Positions 1 to 13,948 of a DNA stretch of 64,000 nt are shown piece by piece. The stretch spans positions 25,172,001 to 25,236,000 of the forward strand of contig OX597834.1 of NCBI GenBank assembly GCA_951406725.2, in the 5' to 3' direction. The first letter of the stretch is position 1; the number at the start of each line of letters is the position of its first letter. A program made the position numbers and the translations under genes. The DNA comes from Octopus vulgaris (lineage: Eukaryota). The notes under the pieces were generated by a model. It saw only the letters and a list, made by a program, of their open reading frames with translations, ran no database searches and was not told where the DNA came from.

Positions 1-184
1 CATTTGTCTTGATGCTGCTGATATTGTTGTTGTTAAACTTGTTGTTGTTGTTGTTTCTGTTCTGTTCATTGTTCTTGATGTTGATATTTAAAAACAATTC
101 AATGTTTATTTCCATTTATCTGATTGATCACTGAACTCAATAGCGATGGCGTTTTCTTCTGTTCAATTGTGATTTTTTTTAACG

Positions 185-235
<51 letters not shown>

Positions 236-379
236 ATAGACACACGTATGTATATACACACACATATATACATACACGTTTGTAGACAAATACGCATATA
301 ACTATACTATACATGATTCACATACATATATATATGTATTTGAGTATGTGCGGATGTATTTGTATGTATATCTATCTGT

Positions 380-472
<93 letters not shown>

Positions 473-628
473 ACTATATATATCATATATATATGTATAT
501 GTATGTGTGTGTATATATATATATGTGTGTGTGTATGTGTGCATACAAGATGTATATAGATTATACCAGTGCGTATAAACATCATAACATGTATATATAT
601 CTATTTAACTGTCTATCTGTCTCACTCT

Positions 629-682
<54 letters not shown>

Positions 683-1141
683 TAGCATGCATGTGTGCAT
701 GCGTATGTATAAATGTGCGTCCTGAGTGTGTATATATATATATATATATATGTACACACATACACACATATATATATATACATACAGATATATATTGTAA
801 GTGTATCTGTGTGTGTATGTATCTATATGTCTATATGTATCGATCAATGATTCTATCTGATCTGATCTGAATTTTTCTCAGACTTTATTCATTTATATAT
901 TTATTTTTACTTATTAAATACGTCACTAATTATTTCTTCATTTTTACATTCATTCTTCTTTCTTCCCCCACCCCACCCCTCCATCCTCTCTCTCTTTCTC
1001 TCTTCCATTTCATTCTCCTCATCCCTTTTCTTTCTTTCTTTCTTTCTTTCTTTCATTTCTTGCATTCTTTATTGTGTCATTTCTTTCTCTCTTGATTTTA
1101 CTTCTTCATAAAATTCTCTTCTCTTACAATTACATTCAAAT

Positions 1142-1251
<110 letters not shown>

Positions 1252-1675
1252 GCTGGGTCGATAAGAAGTTTGTTGTGAGACAACGTGGGCCAAGGTTCGA
1301 TCTCAACGGGCCAACAACTAAAGCGAATTTCTTCTAGACCTATAGAGCCCGTTTAATCACAGAAAGTGCATCGAGGTCTCTTGTATACCTAAGTACATAT
1401 GCACGCACACACACACACACACACACACACATACATACATACGTACATACATACATACATACACACACATACATACATACATACGTACATAGATACATAC
1501 ATACATACATACATACATATGGGCTCAGGTGTGGCTGTGTGATAAGCAGCTTGCTTCCCAACCGCATGGTTCCAGGTTCAGTTCCACTTGGCCAAATGTC
1601 TTCTATTATAGCCTCGGAACGACCAAAGCCCTGTGAGCAGATTCGGTAGACAGAAACTGAAAGAAGCCTATCGTG

Positions 1676-1758
<83 letters not shown>

Positions 1759-1946
1759 ATAATAATAATAATAAATATTAGGGAATAAATCCAAATTTAC
1801 AGGGAAAAAATCAGATTTAGGATTAAATCCAATTTTATAGTAAAATATTATATAATATTAATTCGAGACAAAACCACTATTTTGCAAAACAAACAAGGAA
1901 AGACTTAATCAATACATAAAAATTTTTAATATAAAGAAATAAACCG

Positions 1947-1989
1947 CCACTACAATCGTTTCATGTCTTCAATGACATTCGTCAGGTGG
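1947..1989 (-). ncRNA. Minimal type I hammerhead ribozyme motif (family H1, left arm of palindrome)
   Basis: Exact reverse complement of the motif at 2048-2090. Confidence 0.75.
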
Positions 1990-2047
1990 ATTTTCGATCT
2001 CCTAATCTGTTTTAATTTAAATTAAAACAGATTAGGAGATCGAAAAT

Positions 2048-2090
2048 CCACCTGACGAATGTCATTGAAGACATGAAACGATTGTAGTGG
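2048..2090 (+). ncRNA. Minimal type I hammerhead ribozyme motif (family H1)
   Basis: ccac CTGACGA atgtc[attgaa]gacat GAAA cgattg TA gtgg. Stem I ccac/gtgg, intact core, 5-bp stem II, GUA cleavage triplet with predicted cut after 2086. Confidence 0.8.
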
Positions 2091-2174
2091 CGGTTTATTT
2101 CTTTATATTAAAATTTTTATGTATTGATTAAGTCTTTCCTTGTTTGTTTTGCAAAATAGTGGTTTTGTCTCGAA

Positions 2175-2241
<67 letters not shown>

Positions 2242-2449
2242 GTTTGTGTTTGTCCCTCCAACATCGCTTGACTATCGACCTTAGTGTATTTACGTCCCCG
2301 TAACTTAACGGTTCTCCAAAAGATGCCGATAGAATAAGTTCCAGGCTTACAAAGACTATGTCCAGGGGTTAATTTCTTCGACTAAAAGGCGGTGCTCCAG
2401 CATGGCCACAGTCAAAATTATTGAAACGTAAAAGAATAAAAGAATAAAA

Positions 2450-2627
2450 ATCGCTAGCCACTACACATTCCATATTTTCTCCCTTTGTTTCTTTCTGTGT
2501 TCCTTTCTGTGGAAGAGCATAGGCTCGAAACGTTAAAGACATTTGCACTTCCCGTGTGTTATACTAATACATCTGTTTGTTGTCTACACCACCTGTTTTT
2601 GTCTTTTGCTTTTTTTGGTGAATTCTC

Positions 2628-2630
<3 letters not shown>
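2450..2630 (+). mobile_element. Short (TA)n-associated element (family H6) with hammerhead-like scaffold
   Basis: cttt CTGTGGA a gagc[atag]gctc GAAA cg TT aaag at 2503-2538. Homologous to copies near 4.7, 48.7, 49.5 and 58.0 kb. Confidence 0.65.
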
Positions 2631-2718
<88 letters not shown>

Positions 2719-2920
2719 GTTGAAAAGAGGTTAAGAATCCATTCAAGTCAAGAGTTATAGTTAGAAAGCAAAGGTGAAAACAGTACAAAAGTATGTTTAG
2801 AGGTTGTTTTATATTTGTTACATTGAGTGGCTTTTATAAAATATTAATATTAATATTCTATAAAAGTCACTCACTGCAACAGACATAAAACACTCTTTAA
2901 ACATACTTTCGTTCTGTTTC

Positions 2921-2934
2921 CATACATACATACA

Positions 2935-2968
<34 letters not shown>

Positions 2969-3182
2969 CATACATACAAACATACATACATACATGCATA
3001 CTTACATGCATACATACATGCATGCATACATACAAACATACATGCATACATACATACATACATACATACATACATGCATACATACATACATACATACGTA
3101 CATACATACATACAAACATACATGCATACATACATACATACATACATAAGACAGACATACATACATACATACATACATACAA

Positions 3183-3213
<31 letters not shown>

Positions 3214-3467
3214 CGTACATACATACATACATACATACATACATACATACATACATACATACATACATACATACATACAAACATACATACATACATACAT
3301 ACATACATACAGACAGACATACATACATACATACATACATACATACATACATACATACATACATACATACATACATACATACATACATACATACATACAT
3401 ACATACATACATACATACATACATACATACATACATACATACATACATACATACATACATACATACA

Positions 3468-3499
<32 letters not shown>

Positions 3500-3657
3500 C
3501 GTACATACATACATACATACATACATACATACATACATACATACGTACGTACATACATACATACATACATACATACATACAAACATACATACATACATAC
3601 ATACATACATACATACATACATACATACATACATGCATGCATGCATGCATACATACA

Positions 3658-3689
<32 letters not shown>

Positions 3690-3823
3690 CGTACATACGT
3701 ACATACATACATACATACATACATACATACAAACATACATACATACATACATACATACATACATACATACATACATACATACATACATACATACATACAT
3801 ACATACATACAGACATAAATACA

Positions 3824-3855
<32 letters not shown>

Positions 3856-3965
3856 CGTACATATATACACACATACATACACACATACATACATACATAC
3901 ATACATACATACATACATACATACATACATACATACATACATACATACATACATACATACATACA

Positions 3966-3997
<32 letters not shown>

Positions 3998-4022
3998 CGT
4001 ACATACATACATACATACATAC
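2921..4022. repeat. ~1.1-kb (CATA)n microsatellite with variant units
   Basis: Direct inspection; source of the YVCM/HTYI ORFs. Confidence 0.98.
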
Positions 4023-4234
4023 ACATGTGTAGGTATAATGGAAAAGAAGCATAAACAGGTATTTAACAGGTATTAATAAAACAATTTATGATATATTTAT
4101 GCTTGTATAATATGCTGAAGAGAAATGCAGATATATAAAAACAAACAGAGCGACAGAAACACTATAAATAACAAAAGGTAAAGTATTCACCACTTGAAAG
4201 TGGATGTTGCTTTAGAACACACAAATACTGCAAG

Positions 4235-4257
4235 AGTGTGTGTGTGTGGGGGGTGTT

Positions 4258-4305
<48 letters not shown>

Positions 4306-4311
4306 TGTGTT

Positions 4312-4345
<34 letters not shown>

Positions 4346-4423
4346 GTGTGTGTGTGTTTGCGTGTATGTGTGTGTGTTGTGTGTGTGTGTGTGTGTTTGT
4401 GTGTATGTGTGTTTGTGTGTGTT

Positions 4424-4456
<33 letters not shown>

Positions 4457-4511
4457 GTATGTGTGTGTGTTTGTGTTTGTATGTGTGTTTGTGTGTGTGT
4501 GTGTATGTGAT

Positions 4512-4545
<34 letters not shown>

Positions 4546-4560
4546 GTGTGTATGTGTGTT

Positions 4561-4648
<88 letters not shown>

Positions 4649-4650
4649 TG
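4235..4650. repeat. Interrupted (GT)n
   Basis: Direct inspection. Confidence 0.95.
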
Positions 4651-4800
4651 AAAACAAAAGACAAAGATAGACGAGGGAACAACAAGCAGATTTATTAGTT
4701 TGACGCTCGGGAAGAATGAAAGTCTGACGTTTTGAGCCTACGTTATTTGACAGAAAGGAATGAGAGGAAAAAATCGAGAGAGAAAGAGACAGAAAATATG
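4650..4800 (-). mobile_element. Degenerate family H6 element
   Basis: acaaaagacaaagatagac...gacgttttgagcctacg...acagaaagg, similar to 48690-48875. Confidence 0.5.
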
Positions 4801-4816
4801 TCAGGATTAATTATAT

Positions 4817-4882
<66 letters not shown>

Positions 4883-4885
<3 letters not shown>

Positions 4886-5250
4886 TAAATAAATGGAGTT
4901 TAACGCAGGTGTAATCAAATATTTTTACTTTCGACACATGTTTCGAAAATTCCACTGATACTACTCAAAAGAATAAATGGTATAAACAATGCAATCTTCT
5001 CTTCAGGAAAGTGAAAAAAACGAAACTCGTCAATAAGACATTTTAGCAAAAAATGATGGATTTGTATAGCGACTGAGCAGAATCAATGTAGAAAATTTTC
5101 TCTGTATAACCTGCTTTGATTAAGGCAGAGTTATAGAATTCAGCGTTATTATTGAAAATATCAACATTAGCAGATAATTTAGATAATCTAAATGAAATAT
5201 TCTTAACTATATATATAAAGAAAATGTAGAGTTCGAATACTGCAAAATCA
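4883..5250 (-). mobile_element. Penelope-like retroelement fragment (RT thumb region plus 3' hammerhead); may extend further right
   Basis: Minus-strand translation of ~5208-5075, VKNISFRLSKLSANVDIFNNNAEFYNSALIKAGYTEKIFY, resembles the PLE post-RT segment (I..R+S.LS.....F......Y..AL...GY). The hammerhead lies downstream at 5012-4927 and the fragment abuts (TA)n. Confidence 0.7.
4927..5012 (-). ncRNA. Type I hammerhead ribozyme motif (family H2) at the 3' end of a Penelope-like fragment
   Basis: Minus strand: actttc CTGAAGA gaagatt-g-cattg...cagtg-g-aattttc GAAA catgtg TC gaaagt. 6-bp stem I, canonical core, G10.1-C11.1 pair, GUC triplet. Confidence 0.8.
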
Positions 5251-5761
5251 ATTTATTTACATATCTGTCAGTTACATAAGACCTACAATCGTTTCAGTGT
5301 CTACCTCCATTCATTTTGCAATTCATAATTACATTATGAATTCAATAGGTGCAGATCTCTTTAAGGTGAAAAGTATATCGGAGGGACAATTCCGTAATAA
5401 ATATGAAGAGAACCCAACAAAATTGCTCCTTATTCACCAAACTCATCGGAGGGAGAATTCCGCAACAAACACGAAGACAAATCTAGAGCTACAACAACTA
5501 CAACCAACACTACCCCACAGGCACAGTGTTAGGCCACAATAATGGATATAAAAATATCCTTAGTTCCTCAGGCTAAATAAATAAAGAACATTTTTTTGTT
5601 GGCTGCTTTGGATAAATTTTTTTTATATTATTAACTTTAGGTGAAAGAAAGGAGTTGTTACATATTACCAATATAATGGTATATTATCATTTATATTTGT
5701 TTGTACGCCATATTACAGTCTCTAGATTGGATTGGAACCTGATACTTGGTTTATATACCTA

Positions 5762-6170
5762 TTTCTTTATTACCCACAAGGGGCTAAACACAGAGGGGAC
5801 AAACAAGGACAGACATAGGTATTAAGTCGATTACATCGACCCCAGTGCGTAACTGGTACTTATTTAATTGACCCTGAAAGGATGAAAGGTAAAGTCGACC
5901 TTGGTGGAACTTGAACTTAGAACAGCTGACGAAATACCTATTTCTTTATTACCCACAAGGGGCTAAACACAGAGGGGACAAACAAGGACAGACATAGGTA
6001 TTAAGTCGATTACATCGACCCCAGTGCGTAACTGGTACTTAATTTATCGACCCCGAAAGGATGAAAGGCAAAGTCGACCTCGGCGGAATTTGAACTCAGA
6101 ACGTAACGGCAGACGAAATACCGCTAAGCATTTCGCCCGGCGTGCTAACGTTTCTGCCAGCTCGCCGCCT
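5762..6170 (-). mobile_element. SINE family A (tRNA-like head; central gcctttcatcctttcggggtcgataaattaagtaccag domain), 1.5-mer with 16-bp TSD
   Basis: A full unit plus a tandem 3' partial unit, flanked by ttggtttatataccta at 5746-5761 and 6170-6185. Confidence 0.9.
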
Positions 6171-6654
6171 TGGTTTATATACCTATATATGGTTGTTGTG
6201 TTATTGTGACAGCCAAAGATTGTCTTCGACATAAACGAATTTGGATTGATGTTATTTGAGATATATGAGGTGTATTTCGATATTTGTAGATTTGCTTGAT
6301 TGCTTTGTCTGTTGTTTTTTAATTGTAATTGTTGTGTGGTTGGGAAGTTAACGCTCACATTCGTAGTGTATAGGTATTTGAATGAATTTTCTTACAATCT
6401 AGCCGTCCTTTCACGCGGAATTTCGTCTCTCTATAAACCAAAGCTCTGAAGAGACTTATATAAGTGGAAATGTATTGTTTATAAATCAAATAATGTATAT
6501 AAGTGGAAACAAATTTTTGGCTATTTTGGTTTATTAATGATTATTTTATGTTATATTATATTATATTCATAGTATATTATGTTACATTACAACATAAATA
6601 AATTATTGGGTTGTCAATTGAATCTCTTTATTTAATTTATGATATTTATGTGTA

Positions 6655-6731
<77 letters not shown>

Positions 6732-7089
6732 CATGATCGTTGTTTTAATTTCTAAGATCTACCAATATTTTTTTTACCCATCGATCTCAATTTGGTTAGC
6801 TTCGTTTGTATCTGTTATGCGTATGTATGCATGCATGCATACATGTATGTATGTATGTATGTATGTATGTATGTATGTATGTATGTATGTATGTATGTGT
6901 GTATGTATGCATGTATGCATGTATGTATGTATGTATGTATGTACGTATGTATGCATGTATGTATGTATGTATTATGTATGTATGTACACATATACGTACG
7001 AATATGAATATACACACCCATAACTTTAGTGTTAAACGTAATTGGATCTACATCCGTTTCGACAATAAATATTCAGTTGTTCAGTGAAT

Positions 7090-7385
7090 CGAGTCACGTG
7101 ATCACGAAATTAACCTGTTAGTGGCTGAGCATTTTACGCACATGTGTAACTCTCAAGGATAACCAATGTGATGCAACGAGCGATAAGACTTTCCCTTTCA
7201 ATTATAGACACAGTCCATCCGGTGGTCTTCTGTACAGTCTTTGTCCAATTTCACTGACAAGTCTCTGGGTCGACTCGAGGTTACAGAAAAACACACTCGC
7301 GCAAAATACAGCGCATTAGGATCGAACCCTAGACCTCGTGATAATGAAGCAAATCTCTTAACCACTTCGCTGTAAACGCGTCCAT
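7090..7385 (-). mobile_element. Old degenerate SINE with a family-B-like head and a family-C-like tail
   Basis: Minus head gtggttaagagatttgctt..ggttcgatcc; the tail matches gctcagccac..gttaatttc of 42635-42660. Confidence 0.5.
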
Positions 7386-7501
7386 ATACTTATACATCTA
7401 CACATATGTCTACAGCAATCTACGTCATGTGTATATATATATATTTCTTGCTCATGTATACCTGTTTGTATGTATACGTGTATGTTGTACGTGTGTGTGT
7501 A

Positions 7502-7554
<53 letters not shown>

Positions 7555-8286
7555 GTGTGTGTGTGTTCGTGCGTGTTCACATTCTCTGTTATGATGACAC
7601 GAAGGCTATATATACTATTACCAGGGGACCAGTATATTTTCTGGCAGAAAACATTTTTTTTTCTATGCGTTTTCGCGCTTAAAAACTAATTAAAATTCTG
7701 CTCGTCTTCGGGTCAACTGATGCGGTTTATCCTGTTATTGATTAATGAGGTGTCTGGTGTGTGTGTGTATGTGCGTGTGCGTATGTATATTTGCGTGTTG
7801 ATCAGTGCGCGTGTGAGTGAGTCTATGTGTGTGTTTCTTTGTCTGTGTGTATGTGTGTGTGTGCTGAGATAAACAACTTCCCTATTTTTTCGAGAATCGC
7901 CTGAAAAGATCAATATTTTCCTTTCCACATTTTTTTATCTTAGACAACTCTTTTGATATTTAGATTGTCATATACATACGTACGTACATACATACATACT
8001 TACATACTTACATACATACGTACGTACTTACGTAGGTACGTACGTACTTATTGAATGTACGTATGTACGTATGTATGTATATATGTACGTATGCGTATAT
8101 GTATGTGTGTATGTATGTACGTGTATTTACATATATATGCGTGTATATGTCTTAAGATATTTATGTGAATATGTGTGTATTTATATAGATGAATACACAT
8201 ACACACACACGCATATATACATACATGTATGTATATATATATATATATATATTATGTATATATATATATTATGTATATATATTATG

Positions 8287-8340
<54 letters not shown>

Positions 8341-8640
8341 TATGCACACACTACATAAATACCCATAAAACTTGTATGTATACATGTGTGTATGTATGTA
8401 TGTTTGTGTGTGTGAGTGCGTGCTTGTGAGTGTGTATTTATCTATGTACCTATCTAAATACACACATACACACACACACATATAATACGGCTGCAGTTTA
8501 ATGGCTGAAACGAGTAAAAGGTAAAAGATATACATATATATATATACATATATGTATGTATTATCTATACATATATCAATATATATAAATATAATATATG
8601 TATAACATGTATGATATATATTTGTGTGTGCGTATGTGTT

Positions 8641-8694
<54 letters not shown>

Positions 8695-9097
8695 TGTGTG
8701 TATGCGCGTGCAAGTGTTCATATTACCTGCATGCATGTATACAAACGAAATATATATATCTATACAAAGCGACAAACGAACATTCAACAAAGCTACATAT
8801 GGAAACAATAAAACCCCAATATTAGCCATGTCCGGCCACAGTGGAGTATGTTTGCGCCAGTTAAGGTCACCAGAGCGTGGAGTGACTTAATGGCTTCGTC
8901 AGCGGATACGCAAAGGGGCGTTAAGATGTTGCAGGGCTGTCATTTCTGGTTTTTTTTTATATATATATATACACGTTAATGGTAGAGGTGCCGAAGACAT
9001 ACGGAAACACTCGAGATATCAAGAACACATTTATGAATGGGGTGGGTGCCAAAAAAAATGCAATAAAGATATATACATACATATACATATATATATA

Positions 9098-9141
<44 letters not shown>

Positions 9142-9158
9142 TATACATATATATATAC

Positions 9159-9276
<118 letters not shown>

Positions 9277-9802
9277 TTATATATATATATATACGTATAA
9301 AAAAATAAAGAACTTTGCTACAGCGCTCTCGCTTCGCCGAAAAGGCCATTAAACGTAGAATAGAGGGCTAAAAGTTGTGGCAATGAGCTGTTGTATTAAT
9401 GATGTGAATAACTATTGCGCTGTTGTGGTGTTCGTGCAAAGTGATTTGGCGAAAAACAGAGAATAAAAGAGGAAAAGATCAAACATAGAGGCAAGAATAG
9501 ATGGAGAGATGAATAGACACAGAGAGAAATAACAAGAGACCATTCCGAAATAAAGTGGATATGTGTATTGAAATAAAATATCAATTGATGTGTGTGCGTG
9601 TGTGATTTTATATGTGTTTATGTATGTATGTATGTATGTATGTATGTATGTATGTATGTATGTATGTATGTATGTATGTATGTGTGTGTATGTATGTATG
9701 TATGTATGTATGTATGTATGTATGTATGTATGTGTGTATGTATGTGTGTATGTATGTATGTATGTATGTATGTATGTATGTGTGTGTATGTATGTATGTA
9801 TG

Positions 9803-9833
<31 letters not shown>

Positions 9834-9880
9834 CACACCATATGTATATATGTATGTGCGTATGTAATTTTATATGTGTG

Positions 9881-9911
<31 letters not shown>

Positions 9912-10309
9912 CACACCATATGTATATATGTATGTGCGTGTGTAATTTTATATGTGTGTATGTATGTATGTATGTATGTATGTGCGTATGTGTAAGCGTG
10001 TAAGCGTGTGAGCGTGTATGTTTTGCGTATGTGTGTGTGTGTGCATGTGTAAATATGCGTGTGGTTTGAGTCTAAGTGAGTGAGTCTGTGTATGTGTATG
10101 TGTGTGGTGCGTGTGAGAGTGTGTATAATGTGTAAACACTTGAATGTATAGACTTCACTGTAAACAAGAACGATGTTGATAGACATTGACAGTAGAGTGA
10201 CACAATACGTGTGTGTGCGTGCGCATAAAGACATACATACAGGCAGCCATATATATATATGTATGTATGTATATGTATGTATGTATATATGTATGTATGT
10301 ATATATATA

Positions 10310-10360
<51 letters not shown>

Positions 10361-10363
10361 ATA

Positions 10364-10424
<61 letters not shown>

Positions 10425-10567
10425 CACATATATATATGCATGTGTGTATATGTATGTATTAAAGCTTTAACTTTGAATTTCGTGACTCGCTTAGTGTGTG
10501 TGTTTGTGTGTACGTGTTTTTTGCCGGAAGAAAAATGGGACAACAAACCATTTACAATTTCTATAAC

Positions 10568-10623
<56 letters not shown>

Positions 10624-10695
10624 ACACTCTCTCCCACTTTCTCATTCATTCTCTCTCTCTCACTCTCTCTCTCTCTCTCTTTGTATATGTATGTG

Positions 10696-10758
<63 letters not shown>

Positions 10759-10792
10759 GAGTGTATCTGAGTGTGTGATTGAGTATGTTTGT

Positions 10793-10837
<45 letters not shown>

Positions 10838-10902
10838 AACGCATACACACACATATTCATACATATGCTTCATATATATACACATAGATAGTCATATATA
10901 TG

Positions 10903-10954
<52 letters not shown>

Positions 10955-10967
10955 GAGAGAGAGAGAG

Positions 10968-11038
<71 letters not shown>

Positions 11039-12142
11039 CCGACACATATACATACATATATATACATACATACACACACACATTCACACACACACACACA
11101 TACACACACATATAGATATATACCAGTATAGACGCATGTGTGTGTGTGTCTGTGTGTCTGTGTGTGTTTGTGTGTCCCTAGATGTGTTTATAAATCTTTA
11201 TATACATACATTATATATATTGGTTCTCGGAAAACGACATAACAAAATATAATAATAATTGAAATAGAATAAAATAAATCTCTCATATGTTATAAAAGAG
11301 TCTCTCATATTTTATGGCTTCGTAGGTAATAATATTCGTCTGTGATGTGTTCAAGACTAAAAGTGTTTTGTCAATCTGAAACATGAGATAAACATTCATA
11401 AGTCATACTCCTATCATTCAACCTGATAGTTTCTCGAATATGATGTATTATCACGTTGACAAGTTGACTGATTGATTGATAATTTAGTTTTTTTGTTTCT
11501 CTAATGTTTCTGAGATCAAATCCGATCGAGGTCAAGTTTACTTTTTATCATCTTTCAGGGCATCAATAACATTAAATGTCAATCAATTATGAGAGGTCAA
11601 TATATTCAATACTCTCCTAGTACACTTTGGGTTTTGTTTTAGTGTTTTAGTGTTATTGGTTCCATTACCATTTGGTTTTGAAAAGCTTCCACCTATTCTC
11701 ATCAAGAAGGACTCATCCGTGTTTCTTTTTCGTCTTCCTCACGCCTAAACGTGATGTCTTCCTCTCTGCGTTGTTCGTGACCAAATAAACCCCACATCCT
11801 CCAGCTCTTCTTTTGCTACCTTGATTTGTTCAGTTTAAAGTTTCACGTATTAGTCAATCTTCAGGCCTGAATTGAATCACGTAACACCCATTCCTAGTTG
11901 CTTTGCATTATGTCTTCATCCCAGGGCGACCAGTTTCTAGAATTATTACAGAATCAGAATAAATGTCCCGTGGCATTTCTTCTAACACTGCATTCTGAGT
12001 TCAAATACCACTGAAATCAATTAGCCTGTTCTGTTATCTATTCGAAATCGATAAAATAAAGTATAAATCACGTTCTGCACTCCATGTGTTCAAACCCCAC
12101 AACCCGTAAAATTTTTGTTCTTGTACCAAAATTCGAAACCAC

Positions 12143-12234
<92 letters not shown>

Positions 12235-12429
12235 AGTGGTTCATTCATTACGTGTTGAAGCACTTCACTTGCCGCAAGATCGTATCTTTTGATCCCAAAA
12301 GATTCTTTGCAATTCTGTATTTTAAAGACTCCGAAACGCTTAGCTACAATTTGATTGGTCTGCCTTGACTGGCTTCCGACATATTAAAACACTTAATGAA
12401 ATAAGTAAAGGTGTCGAAATGGGGGATGG

Positions 12430-12660
12430 AGCTGATGGTGGCTAAAAGTCATCATCAATAAAACTAAAATTATGAACCTTGTACATACGGCAGAAGGAAT
12501 GGATCGTTGAATGGTCAGATGATGTCGGATGAGGGAAATATGTTGGAATATCAGGGAACTTGCGGTGGTTCTTTAGAAAGTGAAATTAATAAAAGATTTA
12601 AGACGGCAAATCAAGCAATAGGAATGCTTTTGAAATGTGTAGAAATCTCATCGATTGCCG
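12430..12660 (+). mobile_element. RTE-like LINE RT remnant
   Basis: LKVIINKTKIMN...GGSLESEINKRFKTANQAIGML resembles the RTE GL.IN..KTK.M / EI..RI..A..AF..L segment. Confidence 0.5.
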
Positions 12661-13529
12661 ATTGATACGGGATTATATTAGAAGTCAATATTCAATAGAA
12701 TCAATAGTGGCACGGTGAATGGTTTTCGGTATTTACTTTAGGTTATGAGTTCAAATCACACTGAAAATAATTTTATCTTTCATGTATCTATGTGAGGATG
12801 AAGTGGGGGTGGGGGTGTTTGATAAAATAAACAAGCAGGCATCAAATACTGAGATCGATGTAATTAAAAGATTCCTACACCCACGAACTTTCGGTCCAGT
12901 GGTTGCGAAAGAAATCAATATATTTATCACATCTAGGTTTATCTCTGGATAAAGGGTTAGGGATGGTCATACATACACGCATGCCATGCATACATACATG
13001 CATACATACATACATGCATACATACATACATGCATGCATACATACATGCATACGTATATACATGCATGCATGCATACTTACATGCATATATATATATACA
13101 TGTATGCATACATACATACATACATACATACATACATGCATGCATACATATATAAATACATGCATGCATGCATACATACATACATACATACATACATGCA
13201 TACATATATACATGCATGCATACTTACATGCATATATATATATATACATGCATACATACATACATACATACATACATACATACATACATACATACATACA
13301 TACATACATACATACATACATGTATGCATACATACATAGATACATACATGCATACATGCATACATACAAACATGTCGCTTCTGGCAATGTTTTAGGCGTT
13401 TGTGTATTCTGAGTTATGTTTTAGTCACTGGTCTGTGTTTTGAGATTATCTAGGATCAGAATGGTTCCAGTTCTGACCACCCCAGCTTTTATTCTGACAT
13501 AATGTAGACATATTCTGACATATGTATAT

Positions 13530-13948
13530 AGGCGCAGGAGTGGCTGTGTGGTAAGTAGCTTATTTACCAACCACATGGTTCCAGGTTCAGTCCCACTGCG
13601 TGGCACCTTGGGCAAGTGTCTTCTACTATAGCCTCGGGCCGACCAAAGCCTTGTGAGTGGATTTGGTAGACGGAAACTGAAAGAAACCCGTCGTATATAT
13701 GTATATATATATATGTGCGTGTGTGTGTTTGTGCGTCTGTGTTTGTCCCCCCCCCCAACATCGCTTGACAACCGATGCTGGTGTGTTTATGTCCCCGTTA
13801 CTTAGCGGTTCGGTAAAAGAGACCGATAGAATAAGTACTGGGCTTACAAAAGAATAAGTCCCGGGGTCGAGTTGCTCGATTAAAGGCGGTACTCCAGCAT
13901 GGCCGCAGTCAAATGACTGAAACAAGTAAAAGAGTAAAAGAGTAAAAA
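13530..13948 (+). mobile_element. SINE family B, full length
   Basis: ggcgcaggagtggctgtgtggtaag (A-box), ggttcagtcc (B-box), CORE-like caccttgggcaagtgtctt, tail gtaaaagagtaaaagag. Confidence 0.9.

Larger units (their letters stand above)
1849..2187. repeat. ~340-bp near-perfect palindrome (fold-back) inserted in the (TA)n of a SINE
   Basis: Arms 1849-2018 and 2019-2187 are reverse complements with no spacer (centre ...ctgttttaattt|aaattaaaacag...) and only a 1-nt indel in an A/T run. Confidence 0.95.
1520..2450 (+). mobile_element. SINE family B (tRNA-like head, CORE-like segment, internal TA/GT microsatellite), split by the hammerhead palindrome
   Basis: 5' half 1520-1680; 3' half 2240-2450 with an aaagaataaaagaat tail. 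Confidence 0.8.

Noticed and set aside
6441-6480. CTGAAGA-acttatataagt-GAAA motif
   Set aside because: Stems I and III do not pair convincingly.
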